DNA from: Nanobdellota archaeon
GTDB taxonomy: Archaea; Nanobdellota; Nanobdellia; Pacearchaeales; GW2011-AR1
Direction of reading: 5' to 3'
Length of the DNA: 64,000 nucleotides
Assembly: GCA_038045825.1 (NCBI GenBank)
Contig: JBBSXJ010000004.1
Span: 182,185-246,184 of the forward strand
The position numbers and the translations under genes were made by a program. Position 1 is the first letter of the stretch. Each line of letters begins with the position of its first letter. Shown one piece after another: positions 34,396 through 44,463 of the stretch. The notes under the pieces were generated by a model. That model did not search any database, was not told the origin of the DNA, and saw nothing but the letters and a program-made list of their open reading frames with translations.

Positions 34396-35196
34396 ATGAA
34401 AAAGTTAGGTGTTTTGTTTTTACTTTCTATATTTTTAGTTTCATCTTTTGTTAGTGCTCAAGGTACTTCTAATGCAAATGTCGAAAGTTTTTTGAATGAT
34501 GTTTCAAGCGCTATCTTTCCTGTTGCTAAGTACTTATTGGGATCTGGTGAAACAAACGATACTGCAGACTCACTAGCAGTTAAACTCTTCGCATTCATTT
34601 TAGTTATGGTCTTTGTTGCTGCTGCACTTAAGAATCTACCCTTGTTTGAAGATAAGCCTGTTTATTCTTTTATAGCATCTAGTATTGTAGCTATTTTAGG
34701 AGTAAGATTCATAACTACTCCTGAATTGATTAATCTTATATGGCTGCCTTCAACTGTTCTTACTGTTGCTCTTACTGCAATTATTCCTTTTGCAGTATTC
34801 TTTTTTGTAATTGAAGGATTCAGAAGTACTGTTTTACGCAAGGCTGGATGGGCTGCATATCTTGTAATTTATGTTTATTTTGCAGTCTCAAGATGGAATG
34901 ATCCTACATTATTAATTGGAAGTAGTAATAGTACTACTGGTGCTTGGATATATTTGATTATTGCTGGAATTTCTGGAGTATGCCTTATTGCAGATAGAGA
35001 GATTCGTTTGTTATGGAGAAACCAATCCATTGCTAATATTAGTGATAGGCATAAGAGAATTCAGGCTATACAAGTGCAGACAGATATTGAAGACTTAGCT
35101 AAGAAACTAGTTAATGCTCAGAACCCTCAAGATAGAGCTGCAATAAATACAGAGCTTCTGCAAAAAAAAGCTAACCTTTTGGCTCTAATGAGATAA
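34396..35196 (+). CDS. signal peptide plus multi-TM membrane protein
   Basis: VSA|Q signal; LKNLPLF...AILGVR; coiled-coil tail. Confidence 0.8.
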   Translation: MKKLGVLFLLSIFLVSSFVSAQGTSNANVESFLNDVSSAIFPVAKYLLGSGETNDTADSLAVKLFAFILVMVFVAAALKNLPLFEDKPVYSFIASSIVAILGVRFITTPELINLIWLPSTVLTVALTAIIPFAVFFFVIEGFRSTVLRKAGWAAYLVIYVYFAVSRWNDPTLLIGSSNSTTGAWIYLIIAGISGVCLIADREIRLLWRNQSIANISDRHKRIQAIQVQTDIEDLAKKLVNAQNPQDRAAINTELLQKKANLLALMR

Positions 35197-35237
35197 GTCT
35201 CAAAAGCTTTATAATCTATTTGACGTTAATAAGTAAT

Positions 35238-36029
35238 ATGAAGGGGAATATATTTTTTGTTTTGTTTTTACTTTCTTTGCTTTTAGTCCCTGGGTTTGTT
35301 AGTGCTCAATATTATGGTGGCGGATTTTGGTATGGAACTGAACAAGTAATTGATTCTTTAGTTATGAATTTGGAACCAATACTTAGAGCGCTTCTAGGAG
35401 GGAATGATTGGACTGGATATTTGTTGTTTGAAAAAACTCTTTTGTTTATGCTCATCTCTATTATTGTTGGAGTTATACTTGGAAACTTGCCATTCTTTCA
35501 AGGATATGGGCATAAAGGAATCTTAAGATTAGTTGCAATAATTATTGGTTTGCTTGGAGTTAGAAATCTTAATTATATATGGGTTTCAACCATAATTACT
35601 CAATATCAAGTTTTATTTATTGCCATTACGGGAATATTACCTTTTATGATTTATTGGTATTTTGTAAATGGTCTAAATGGTTTGGTTAAAAAAGTTGCTT
35701 GGGTGTTTTATGCTGTAATTTACTTTGGTTTGTGGGCTACAAGTGACTTGGAAGCTTATGAAGGTGTTTACTTATGGAGTGCTCTTATTTCTTTGGCCTA
35801 TGGGTTATTTTTAGATACTATGGTTACTCAGTGGTTGAAGACTCAAGAAATGAAGAAGCAATTTTCAAGACACACTTGGAATCAAATTGCTGAATTGAAT
35901 GAAAGAATAGGCAAACTACATAAACAAATTGCTGAAAACTATCATCCAGATCCTCAAGAGGCACGTAGACAAATACACGAATTAGAAGACCATAGGAATA
36001 AATTAGCCAGGGGAAGACGTAGTTTTTAA
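35238..36029 (+). CDS. signal peptide plus multi-TM membrane protein, paralogue of 34396
   Basis: VSA|Q signal; LGNLPFF...GLLGVR; coiled-coil tail. Confidence 0.8.
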   Translation: MKGNIFFVLFLLSLLLVPGFVSAQYYGGGFWYGTEQVIDSLVMNLEPILRALLGGNDWTGYLLFEKTLLFMLISIIVGVILGNLPFFQGYGHKGILRLVAIIIGLLGVRNLNYIWVSTIITQYQVLFIAITGILPFMIYWYFVNGLNGLVKKVAWVFYAVIYFGLWATSDLEAYEGVYLWSALISLAYGLFLDTMVTQWLKTQEMKKQFSRHTWNQIAELNERIGKLHKQIAENYHPDPQEARRQIHELEDHRNKLARGRRSF

Positions 36030-36081
36030 TTTCACCATATAGCTTTAAATAGGGTTCTTAGTTTGAATTTCTGGTATAAAA

Positions 36082-36156
36082 ATGGCACAAACAAAGTTTG
36101 TTTATGATTCAGAACTAAACTGGCATGACTTCTCATGCAATACTGGAAAGTTCTGA
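36082..36156 (+). CDS. candidate 24-aa small ORF (MAQTKFVYDSELNWHDFSCNTGKF)
   Basis: First ATG after the TATA-like ctttaaata; its stop lies 2 nt before the next ATG. Confidence 0.35.
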   Translation: MAQTKFVYDSELNWHDFSCNTGKF

Positions 36157-36158
36157 AC

Positions 36159-37091
36159 ATGGCAAAAGCTGTAAATAAATCCAGAAGAAGATTCTTAGGT
36201 GCCGCAGTTGGCGGAGCCGCTGGTGGACTTGTTGGTTATGTAGCTGGAGATTATCTTAGTGGTATTTTTGGTGCTGCTGAGGAAGCTGCTCGTGACTCTA
36301 AAGTAGTTTATCAATTTAGTAGGGCCGACAATAATCATTTGGAAGGAATTTTAGGCAGTGTTTCTCAAGGCACTAGGGAAACTTATTCTTCTAATCTTGA
36401 GCAAAGAAGTGGATTGTATAAGGGAACTTGGGATTATGTAGAGGCTTTGCAGAGACAGGCTCTAAAGACTCCTGGTGCTGAATCTGCACCTGTAAAGGGA
36501 GCTAGAGATATAAAGAAAGATATTCTTACATGGACTAAGGGATTATTTGGAGATGAGAAGAAAAAAGATGCAGAAGTACAAACTCAACCTCAATATACAG
36601 GTAATTACAATGATCTTGCTAAATTGCGTATGAGTCTAATGGAAAGAATAACTGAGATTGAATATGGTATGAATGAAGCGGCTTACAAAGTAAGAGCTAA
36701 TGAAAATAATACTCATAAATCTGATGAATCTGGAAGAGTTTTATTGGGAGATCTTTTTAGAGAACATGAAAAATCATTTGCATTGCTTAGAGGATTTAAA
36801 GAACTAAAACCTGAACAAATATCGGAAGGATCTAATGATATTCAATACTTTGAAGTTATTAAGAGAGCTAATGAATACGGAATTAAACCTTATGAGCCAA
36901 ATGGATTTTTGAGTAAAAATGCTGCACTTGGATTGACTGCTATTGGATTTGGTCTTGGAGCTATAGTTGGAAATTTTGTAACGACCAAGGGTGAGTATGC
37001 TGTTAGAACTACTGGGGGCGCTGTTCGTGAATTAGGTAAAATGGCTTGGAAACCTATAAGTTGGGCTATTGGATCATTTAGAAAGAAATAA
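36159..37091 (+). CDS. helical protein with twin-arginine-like N-terminus and C-terminal Gly-rich TM
   Basis: SRRRFLGAAVGGAAGG; C-terminal GLTAIGFGLGAIVG. Confidence 0.7.
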   Translation: MAKAVNKSRRRFLGAAVGGAAGGLVGYVAGDYLSGIFGAAEEAARDSKVVYQFSRADNNHLEGILGSVSQGTRETYSSNLEQRSGLYKGTWDYVEALQRQALKTPGAESAPVKGARDIKKDILTWTKGLFGDEKKKDAEVQTQPQYTGNYNDLAKLRMSLMERITEIEYGMNEAAYKVRANENNTHKSDESGRVLLGDLFREHEKSFALLRGFKELKPEQISEGSNDIQYFEVIKRANEYGIKPYEPNGFLSKNAALGLTAIGFGLGAIVGNFVTTKGEYAVRTTGGAVRELGKMAWKPISWAIGSFRKK

Positions 37092-37115
37092 ATACACAAA
37101 TATATACGATAAAAC

Positions 37116-37511
37116 ATGGAAACTGAAAGCATAAAGAAAATAACAATAAATAAGGCTCTTACTTGTAGCTTAGATGAATCTGTAATGGATATTGCTAAAA
37201 AACTAAGAACTGGAAAAGAAAGAAGGATTTTTGTTGTTGATAAGAATGGAAAGATGGAAGGAATTATCACAACTACTGATTTGGTTTACAAGGCATTATG
37301 TGATGGGGATAAATGCTCTAAAATGAATGCTAAAGAGTTAATGGTAAAGGCAGTTAAATCTGTTGATTTAAATGATGATTTTGAAAAAGCTCTTGAAATT
37401 ATGAATGAACTTAAGACATTTAATTGTCCCGTTACTGATAATGGTAAACTTGTAGGAGTTATTTCTTATCATGAACTTGTGGACTACTTGTTTAACTCTG
37501 TCAAAAAATAA
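37116..37511 (+). CDS. CBS-pair domain protein
   Basis: VVD..GKMEGIITTTDL and PVTDNGKLVGVIS motifs. Confidence 0.92.
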   Translation: METESIKKITINKALTCSLDESVMDIAKKLRTGKERRIFVVDKNGKMEGIITTTDLVYKALCDGDKCSKMNAKELMVKAVKSVDLNDDFEKALEIMNELKTFNCPVTDNGKLVGVISYHELVDYLFNSVKK

Positions 37512-37523
37512 TTTTATACTAAT

Positions 37524-38165
37524 ATGAGTCTTGAAAAATTACTAGCAAAAGTGAAAACGGATTTTCTTCCATCTAGCAAGGCAAGGACTAGAGATTATGT
37601 TGCTAAATACGAGCTAAAGGATTATTTTGGAGATGATGTTCCTCAAGAATATAGGGATAAATTTTCTAAAGGATTAGATAGAATTACTAATGAAGTTACT
37701 GACAAATATGCAAGTGAATTGCGCAGTTTGGTAAGGACTCCTGTTGGAAAAGGTACAATGGCTTTGGCTGTTGCTAATGATTTGAGTGCATATATTACTA
37801 CAACCCCATTTGATAATGTAACTGCTTTGGGCTATGCTTTATTTGCTGCTAAGACTGCTGTTGAAGTTCCTGCAGCAATAAGATATATGCGCAAGACTAA
37901 GAGTTGGTATGGCGCACTTGATGTTGCTGGACACTTCTTGCTTAAGCCTGTTAGATATCTTCTTCCTATAATTGGACCTGCGCTTGAATCTGGGGCATTT
38001 GAAAGAATGGTTAAGAGAAGGGTAAGAAAAGAAATTGTAAGGAAATTCGCAGAAGCTTATGGTAAATATGAACCTCTTGAGGATAGAATTAAGGAAAGAG
38101 TTAAGGAACCTTTACGTGAACATGTATATATTAAGGAAAAAGAAGAAGAATTAGTTGGAGTTTGA
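37524..38165 (+). CDS. hypothetical protein
   Basis: Intact ORF with moderately hydrophobic helices. Confidence 0.7.
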   Translation: MSLEKLLAKVKTDFLPSSKARTRDYVAKYELKDYFGDDVPQEYRDKFSKGLDRITNEVTDKYASELRSLVRTPVGKGTMALAVANDLSAYITTTPFDNVTALGYALFAAKTAVEVPAAIRYMRKTKSWYGALDVAGHFLLKPVRYLLPIIGPALESGAFERMVKRRVRKEIVRKFAEAYGKYEPLEDRIKERVKEPLREHVYIKEKEEELVGV

Positions 38166-38199
38166 TAGACTTTTATAGCCAATATATTTGTTTTTGTAA

Positions 38200-38526
38200 T
38201 TAGGCAAGAATTTCTGATTTTTCTGAACCAATTGTTAACTTCCAATCTAATTTTATTAGCTCTTTTACTGCAGGATTATTTGTGTTAAGTTTGAACAAGT
38301 CTGATTTTCCCACTCTTCTTGTTTTTATCACTATGTTATTTGATTCTAATCTGTTCCAAAAAGACTGCAATGTTGAATAACTTACTGAAGAATTTTTAGC
38401 TATTTCTGTTAAGGGATAATCAAATGCTTGAAAAGTTATGAGAAAATCCAAGACTTTCATTACAGGGTTGTTACCAAATACTTCTATGAACACGCTGTTG
38501 TTATCTAATCCATTTTGTGTTTTCAT
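38200..38526 (-). CDS. winged-helix protein, possible antitoxin/regulator
   Basis: KVLDFL...LTEIAKNSSVSYSTL...TRRVGKS pattern. Confidence 0.8.
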   Translation of the reverse strand: MKTQNGLDNNSVFIEVFGNNPVMKVLDFLITFQAFDYPLTEIAKNSSVSYSTLQSFWNRLESNNIVIKTRRVGKSDLFKLNTNNPAVKELIKLDWKLTIGSEKSEILA

Positions 38527-38623
38527 GTTATTATGATAAGATTCTCTTTTATAAATGTTTCTCTTTATGTTATTATGTTATTAATATAGCAACATTTAAA
38601 TATTTCTCCTTGCTTTTTTATGT

Positions 38624-38899
38624 ATGAAATTTTCTACAGAAGAAGACATCATGGCAACTATTCTTTATCATTTACGAAGAGGTAATATTATTGGTGGTAA
38701 ACATACTCATTTTGATACTTTGAAAAGAGGATTTCCTAAGCATTTAGGAAAACAAGTAGAATATGTTGCTCATCAATTGATTAAAGCTGGCTGGTTACTC
38801 ACAAAACCTACATCTTATGGTTTACAAGTTTCTTTAAACAAAGAATTGTTAGTAGAAATTGAGGCATTCATTTTAAAAGTTCTAAATCTTAGGTTATGA
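38624..38899 (+). CDS. small winged-helix-like protein, divergent partner of 38200
   Basis: GGKHT...GFPKH...KPTSYG; leaderless, TATA at 38595-38602. Confidence 0.65.
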   Translation: MKFSTEEDIMATILYHLRRGNIIGGKHTHFDTLKRGFPKHLGKQVEYVAHQLIKAGWLLTKPTSYGLQVSLNKELLVEIEAFILKVLNLRL

Positions 38900-38900
38900 T

Positions 38901-39683
38901 ATGCGCTTGGGATATGACGTTGTGGGTAATATTGCAATCATTAAATTTGACAAAGATTTCTCTTTGAAGAATAAGAAAAAGTTTGCTGTTGATTATTTAT
39001 CTACACATAAAAGTGTTACAACCGTACTTGAGAAGGTTGGTAAGTTTTCTGGTCGCTTGCGCACTTTAAAGACAAAATGGCTTGCCGGGGATAAAACTCT
39101 TGAGGCTTTATATCGTGAAAATGGATGTGAATTTAGATTTAATGTTGAAACTTGCTATTTCTCACCTAGATTAAGTGAAGAGAGAAAAAATATTGCTAAG
39201 CTTGTGAAGAAAAATGAGCGAGTGCTTATTATGTTTGCAGGTGTCGGACCATTTTCTATTGTAATTGGAAAGAATTCTAAACCTTCTGAAGTTTATGGTG
39301 TTGAACTTGGAAAAGATTGCTCTAGGTATGCATTGGAGAATGTTAAGCGCAATAAATTGATTGGTAAAGTTCATGTTGTTCAAGGGGACGTTAGAAGAGT
39401 TATAGGTCATGGAAAAAAGGTTACTGGGACCTTTGATAGGATAGTTATGTCTAGGCCTAATTTAGAAGATGACTTTCTTGATGTAGCTTTTAGAGTCTGC
39501 AAAAAAGGAACAGTTATACATTATTATGGGTTTTATCTTGAAGATGAAGTTGGTCAATTAAAGGATTTGATAATTAATGAGGCTTTGAAAGCTAAAAAGA
39601 AAGTTAAGATAATGAAAATTGTGAAAGCTGGGGATATTGGAGCTAGGAAGTTCAGGTATAGAGCTGATATTAAGCTAATCTAA
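38901..39683 (+). CDS. Trm5/TYW2 (Met-10+) family tRNA methyltransferase
   Basis: YDVVGNIAI, YFSPRLSEER and MFAGVGPFSI motifs. Confidence 0.9.
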   Translation: MRLGYDVVGNIAIIKFDKDFSLKNKKKFAVDYLSTHKSVTTVLEKVGKFSGRLRTLKTKWLAGDKTLEALYRENGCEFRFNVETCYFSPRLSEERKNIAKLVKKNERVLIMFAGVGPFSIVIGKNSKPSEVYGVELGKDCSRYALENVKRNKLIGKVHVVQGDVRRVIGHGKKVTGTFDRIVMSRPNLEDDFLDVAFRVCKKGTVIHYYGFYLEDEVGQLKDLIINEALKAKKKVKIMKIVKAGDIGARKFRYRADIKLI

Positions 39684-40404
39684 GCTCTAAAGTTTTCACT
39701 AGAAAATCTACAATTGGTTTTCTCGAAACTTCGTAAGGGATCCAGTGATCATATTCTACAGTTAACATATTTTCATCTGTTCCATTTAACATCCTATGAC
39801 ACTCTACAGTTACTTGATTGTCTACCACACTATCTCTTTTAGCTAATAATGTGAATGTTTGAAATCTGTATTGTGGAGATAATCTTTTCAAATTTTCTCT
39901 TGCGTCAAAATCTAATAAATAAGGTAAGGAAGTGGTACGAACAGATCTGTTAACTCTTCTCATCCTATCATATCTGGAGCTAAAATTAAATGGTTCTCCT
40001 CTTTCGATTGCTTCTCTTCCTCTCGAGGTTAGCCCTTCATTTCTTCTAGTAAATGGAACGTTTTGCGCTATCGCTTTTAACCCTAAGGCTAGATCCTCAC
40101 TTTCTCCTAGATATTCAAACAATTTTAATGCCCCTATACTTGAAGTTATTATTGCTACTCTAGAGGTATCTGCTTCTGGGTTCTCTCTAGCTGCGCTTAC
40201 TGCTTCAACAATCTCTTTTCTATCTTCAGGAGATAAAGTAAAGAGATAATTTGTTCCATCTATTACAACTTCTGCAGGTCTTATAGCATAAGTTTTACAC
40301 CCATATGTTTCTGCCATAATACTAAGCATGTCGTCTATTTTTCCTCTTTCTTCTTTTCCTAATAGACCTCCTATTCCGAAGACTACTGGTTTTCTTTCAG
40401 TCAT
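39670..40404 (-). CDS. alpha/beta-hydrolase-like protein
   Basis: ITSSIGA nucleophile-elbow-like motif, then D..V and YDH. Confidence 0.5.
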   Translation of the reverse strand: MTERKPVVFGIGGLLGKEERGKIDDMLSIMAETYGCKTYAIRPAEVVIDGTNYLFTLSPEDRKEIVEAVSAARENPEADTSRVAIITSSIGALKLFEYLGESEDLALGLKAIAQNVPFTRRNEGLTSRGREAIERGEPFNFSSRYDRMRRVNRSVRTTSLPYLLDFDARENLKRLSPQYRFQTFTLLAKRDSVVDNQVTVECHRMLNGTDENMLTVEYDHWIPYEVSRKPIVDFLVKTLELRLA

Positions 40405-40438
40405 AATGTTACTATCAAAAAGTGGTTTAAAAATCTTA

Positions 40439-40801
40439 CTATTTTACAAATTCTACATTATCTAGATCTTTGAATTCTTTGTCTCCTGTTAGAAAAAGTA
40501 TTCCAAGTTTTTTAGCCATAATGTATCCTATGCAGTCTGGAACAGACACTTTTCTATCTTTCCACTCCGCTCTGAACTTCATGGCTTCTTCAATCCAATC
40601 TGGGTTAACAGATACTATATGCTTTGAATATTTTTTGATATAAATTTCAACATTTTTCTCTTTATTTCTGAACCACCCATAGCATAATTCCGCGAAATTA
40701 AAGTTATTTATTACAATTTCGGAGTCTAAGTAAATTTCGTAATTCGAGTTTCCCTCAATTATTTCCATAATTGCATAAGAATCAAAAAAATATCTAACCA
40801 A
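40439..40801 (-). CDS. vapC: VapC PIN-domain toxin
   Basis: YFFDSYA, SVPDCIGY and LTGDKEF motifs. Confidence 0.9.
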   Translation of the reverse strand: MVRYFFDSYAIMEIIEGNSNYEIYLDSEIVINNFNFAELCYGWFRNKEKNVEIYIKKYSKHIVSVNPDWIEEAMKFRAEWKDRKVSVPDCIGYIMAKKLGILFLTGDKEFKDLDNVEFVK

Positions 40802-41018
40802 AATCTAATTCCTCATCAATTTCTTTCATCAATTTCTTTACTGATTTTTTTGACTTTGAGGTGCCGAAAGTCTCTCTTAACACATTCCCTTTTTCTTTTT
40901 TCATCAAAACTATTACTTCATCTCCATCTTTTGCTCCTTCTTTTTCAACTAAATTTATCGGTACAACTACTCCAAATGAATTACCCCATTTTCTTAATTT
41001 TGTTTTTACTTCAATCAT
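40794..41018 (-). CDS. AbrB/MazE antitoxin
   Basis: LRKWGNSFGVVVP motif. Confidence 0.9.
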   Translation of the reverse strand: MIEVKTKLRKWGNSFGVVVPINLVEKEGAKDGDEVIVLMKKEKGNVLRETFGTSKSKKSVKKLMKEIDEELDFG

Positions 41019-41052
41019 ATGTATAAACGGTATAATTATTATTTAAACTTTC

Positions 41053-44000
41053 CTATAAAGATGATTGTCCTTTCACAGCTGAAGGAGACTCTCCACCGTG
41101 CCAAGTTAATCTTGGACGCATTCTCATTGGATAGATTCTTTCTGAATTATCATCTAGTATAATTGCTGAACCTTTGCTTGACGGCAGTTTGTCCATTGAA
41201 GACTTGATGCTTTCTAAGAGATATGACTGCATTATTTGGTTTAAGGCTTCTACATCTGGTTTGGATGTGACTCTATGAGATATTACTATATCTGACTGAG
41301 TCATTACGTCATTGTGTATTTGCCCTGGTTGCTGGGTTGCTAGAACTAGAGAAATACCAGGCTGACGTCCTTCTCTTAAAATTTGAACTAATGCATCTGT
41401 AGCAGGGGTTTTATAGCTCTTTGGAAGAAATTCGTGACAATTATGAGTAATAAATCCATTTGAAACAAAATTGTGAACTTCATCTATAGATAAGTCATAG
41501 ACTTCTTCTTCTTCTAGTTCTTTAATTCTAAAAACTTTTTCATATAGTAAATTATTAATTATTCTTTTTTCAGTCCACTCATCAAAATCAAGGAATGTCT
41601 TTGGAAGGCCTGGTTTGTTTCTATTACTTGCCCAGTCTCTTATTTGAGGATAAGGGAAATTAAGTATTTGTGAGATCTTAGTTTCTCCTAATCCTTGTTT
41701 TTTCAATTCATTGGCTTTTACCCATATATTTTCTCTTTCTTTCTTGAGAAATAACCTTGCTTTTAGATATTTAGCCCACTTAATTCCCCCTATTTCTTTA
41801 TTTGAACAATATCTATAACCTATCTTTTCTATGAATGCTATTACATTTTCTAGATTTTTTTCTAATGTTATGACTATCTTTAATGTTTTATTGCCATCTT
41901 TTCTTATATTTCCAGGCCTTTTTGCAATGCTACTTGTTTTTACTCCTAAACTTTCAAATAGTTCTTTTATTTCATAAGCATATTCCCAGGCTTCTTTTTC
42001 CAACTGTTCTATTTTATTAAAGCTTAATCTTATAGCATTAAAGTCTCCTTTTGCATTTTTAGCTTTAGTTATTCTCATCCCATCGCTTCCCATTAAAGCT
42101 GCAAGAAACTCAGCTTTTACTTTATTTTCTGACTTTTTTATCCATTCAGGAATATTGGTTGGTTGAATAATTTTACTTCCTTTAATTATTCCTAATTTAT
42201 CAAAATATTTGAAAGCATTATAACTTGCTTGAATGCTGTGGCTTGTTCCATTTATTATTATTCTCTTATTTTTATTGTCTGTTATTTGAGATGTAGTTTT
42301 TCTTGAGTAAATATTTGTTGATTTTAAACCTAAGAATGATAGATCATCCTTTATTTTATTAAGATCATTTGGATTGATTTTTCCGCTAAATCCTAAAGAC
42401 TGTTGTTTTTGACTTGCCCATCCGTCTCCAAATAAATGCCCTAATAATCTTGCTTCTATACATTTTTTATCTTGTGAATAATGTTGAATTAACGGAGTGC
42501 CTATTTCATCTACACTAAATAATGAAGCAAAACCATTTCTTGTTAATACTCTATGTTCTGGAGTTCCTTTTAATTCTTTACCTGTTTCAGTAGTTATTTT
42601 AATTATTTTTCTTTTTCCTTTTTCATAAATATCTTTAACCTTTTTATGCATAAATTCTTTTTTTTCAAGATCATATGTTAAAACCTCTATTTTCTCGCCC
42701 TTTCTAAATTTGTTTACAACCTCTTGTAATTGGGTATGGTTTGTAGAAGTTATTATTTCTGAATCTCCAGTTAAGCATTCATCCACAAATAACCATATCA
42801 GAGGGTTTTCTCTTGTTGGATTATAGTTCATATAATCAATACCATGCTGAATTGATTGAATTTCTTCCTTTTTTCTTGCATTTATTCTTTGAATGAATAG
42901 TTTTCTGCTTACTAATCCTATTACCAGGCCTCTTACATTGAATGATCCTATAGAAGAGTAAACTGATAGGTCTATAATTGTTGTCTTTCCTGCATTCACT
43001 AAGTCTGTAATTTCTGTTCCTTCATTTGACTTTGAGAATATACCCCAGCTTTCTGCTGCCTGGAATAGTGAGCTTGCTACATTTTTTGTTTCTTGATTTA
43101 CATTATGTGTGTGCGTTATTTGTTTTATTATATCTTGAATTGTGAAGCTGTCTGTTTCTTGCTTTAGTTTTGATATTGTATTAGTTATTAGAACTCCTTC
43201 TTGAGATGTCATTAATAAATTGAAAGTGATTATCCAGTCTTCTGCTTCTAGTTCACTGGCTTTCAAAGCGAATGGTTCATCAACTGGGATTCCTTTTTCT
43301 TTGTACTCTTCAATTTTACCTATTGGAGCAAATACTTTTACTGGAGATTCTTTTGCTTCTAAGTTCCATTCATTTAGAATATCTTTGTCTTTTTCGTTCT
43401 TGAATTTCATTGTCCAGAAAATTCCCATTGTGTCAAAGATGATTGGAGCTATGTTTCTTGCAGTTTCTTGTGGTAGATTTGCTATTTCCTCAGTGATGAC
43501 TCCTAAAGTATACGATTTTCCACTATTATGTGAGATTATTCCATTAGCGATAAATGAATGATTCTTTGGAACTGATAGATCATATACTTCTTCGATATTA
43601 TCTATTTCTTTAATCTCTTTAATAAAAATTGGATTAATGTCTTTAAAAGAATTAACTGTTTCTAGTAATAAGTCTCCGACTTTTAAATTTTCTCCATTTC
43701 TCCATAATAATGATAACTGTTTTTTACCTGTTGTTATTAGTAAAGGGTGTTCTTTTGTAATAATTAGTTCTTTGTTATTTTCTAATTTAATTTTGATTAA
43801 TTTTTCATCTCTTACATGGTATCTTATTAAATCTGCTTTTTCCCACTCAAATATTTGATTTTCTGGGTTAAACGATAATATTTTATCAAGTAACGGATTA
43901 AACTCCTTTATTTTTTTATAACCTTTGTCTGTAAAAACTAAAGTATTTCCTTCTAGACAACCTCTTTTTCCTGCTACTAAAATTACATGGGACCTGGCTA

Positions 44001-44136
44001 CATCTAATAATATATTATTTGACATGGAAGTATAGTTACCCATTGTAACATATCCCTTTCCTATCTTGATTAGACCAGAACTTCCAAACTTCTTTTTATC
44101 AGAGGCATCTCTGCCTAAGATTATATCATAAGACAT
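41053..44136 (-). CDS. HerA/FtsK-superfamily (DUF87-like) ATPase containing two inteins
   Basis: After splicing: Walker A GKRGSGKS, IFDTMG, Walker B LFVDECH, REGRQPG, LATQQP; extein about 436 aa. Confidence 0.9.
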   Translation of the reverse strand: MSYDIILGRDASDKKKFGSSGLIKIGKGYVTMGNYTSMSNNILLDVARSHVILVAGKRGCLEGNTLVFTDKGYKKIKEFNPLLDKILSFNPENQIFEWEKADLIRYHVRDEKLIKIKLENNKELIITKEHPLLITTGKKQLSLLWRNGENLKVGDLLLETVNSFKDINPIFIKEIKEIDNIEEVYDLSVPKNHSFIANGIISHNSGKSYTLGVITEEIANLPQETARNIAPIIFDTMGIFWTMKFKNEKDKDILNEWNLEAKESPVKVFAPIGKIEEYKEKGIPVDEPFALKASELEAEDWIITFNLLMTSQEGVLITNTISKLKQETDSFTIQDIIKQITHTHNVNQETKNVASSLFQAAESWGIFSKSNEGTEITDLVNAGKTTIIDLSVYSSIGSFNVRGLVIGLVSRKLFIQRINARKKEEIQSIQHGIDYMNYNPTRENPLIWLFVDECLTGDSEIITSTNHTQLQEVVNKFRKGEKIEVLTYDLEKKEFMHKKVKDIYEKGKRKIIKITTETGKELKGTPEHRVLTRNGFASLFSVDEIGTPLIQHYSQDKKCIEARLLGHLFGDGWASQKQQSLGFSGKINPNDLNKIKDDLSFLGLKSTNIYSRKTTSQITDNKNKRIIINGTSHSIQASYNAFKYFDKLGIIKGSKIIQPTNIPEWIKKSENKVKAEFLAALMGSDGMRITKAKNAKGDFNAIRLSFNKIEQLEKEAWEYAYEIKELFESLGVKTSSIAKRPGNIRKDGNKTLKIVITLEKNLENVIAFIEKIGYRYCSNKEIGGIKWAKYLKARLFLKKERENIWVKANELKKQGLGETKISQILNFPYPQIRDWASNRNKPGLPKTFLDFDEWTEKRIINNLLYEKVFRIKELEEEEVYDLSIDEVHNFVSNGFITHNCHEFLPKSYKTPATDALVQILREGRQPGISLVLATQQPGQIHNDVMTQSDIVISHRVTSKPDVEALNQIMQSYLLESIKSSMDKLPSSKGSAIILDDNSERIYPMRMRPRLTWHGGESPSAVKGQSSL
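41440..42777 (-). mobile_element. intein with LAGLIDADG homing endonuclease (446 aa) in Walker B
   Basis: FVDE|CLTGDS...TPEH...LLGHLFGDG...FLAALMGSDG...VYDLS...ITHN|CHEF. Confidence 0.93.
43525..43959 (-). mobile_element. mini-intein (145 aa) in Walker A
   Basis: GKRG|CLEGNT...TKEHP...VYDLSV...ISHN|SGKS. Confidence 0.93.
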
Positions 44137-44186
44137 AACCTCTTTTACATGTCTATGTTTATAAATTTGGCTTACTTAGTTGCTTA

Positions 44187-44429
44187 ATGAGTATGAAGTT
44201 TGATTTATCTCGAAGAGATATTTTTCATCTTCTTTTATTAGATATAATGTTTATTACTATTCTTATTGAGAGATATTTTTCCCCTTTTATTTTGTTGTCT
44301 CCCAGACTTGGGGGTTTATTTAATGTCACTCCTTTCCTTTGGTTATTTATCGGGTTTCTTGTTTTTTCTCTAGCTTTATTTTTAATTTTATTCTATATTT
44401 TAGTGCATAAACCTTCAGATAATTTATAG
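44187..44429 (+). CDS. small two-TM membrane protein
   Basis: Hydrophobic ORF with TATA upstream. Confidence 0.55.
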   Translation: MSMKFDLSRRDIFHLLLLDIMFITILIERYFSPFILLSPRLGGLFNVTPFLWLFIGFLVFSLALFLILFYILVHKPSDNL

Positions 44430-44463
44430 AAAGTTTTATATATAGTTATACATTATACATTAT

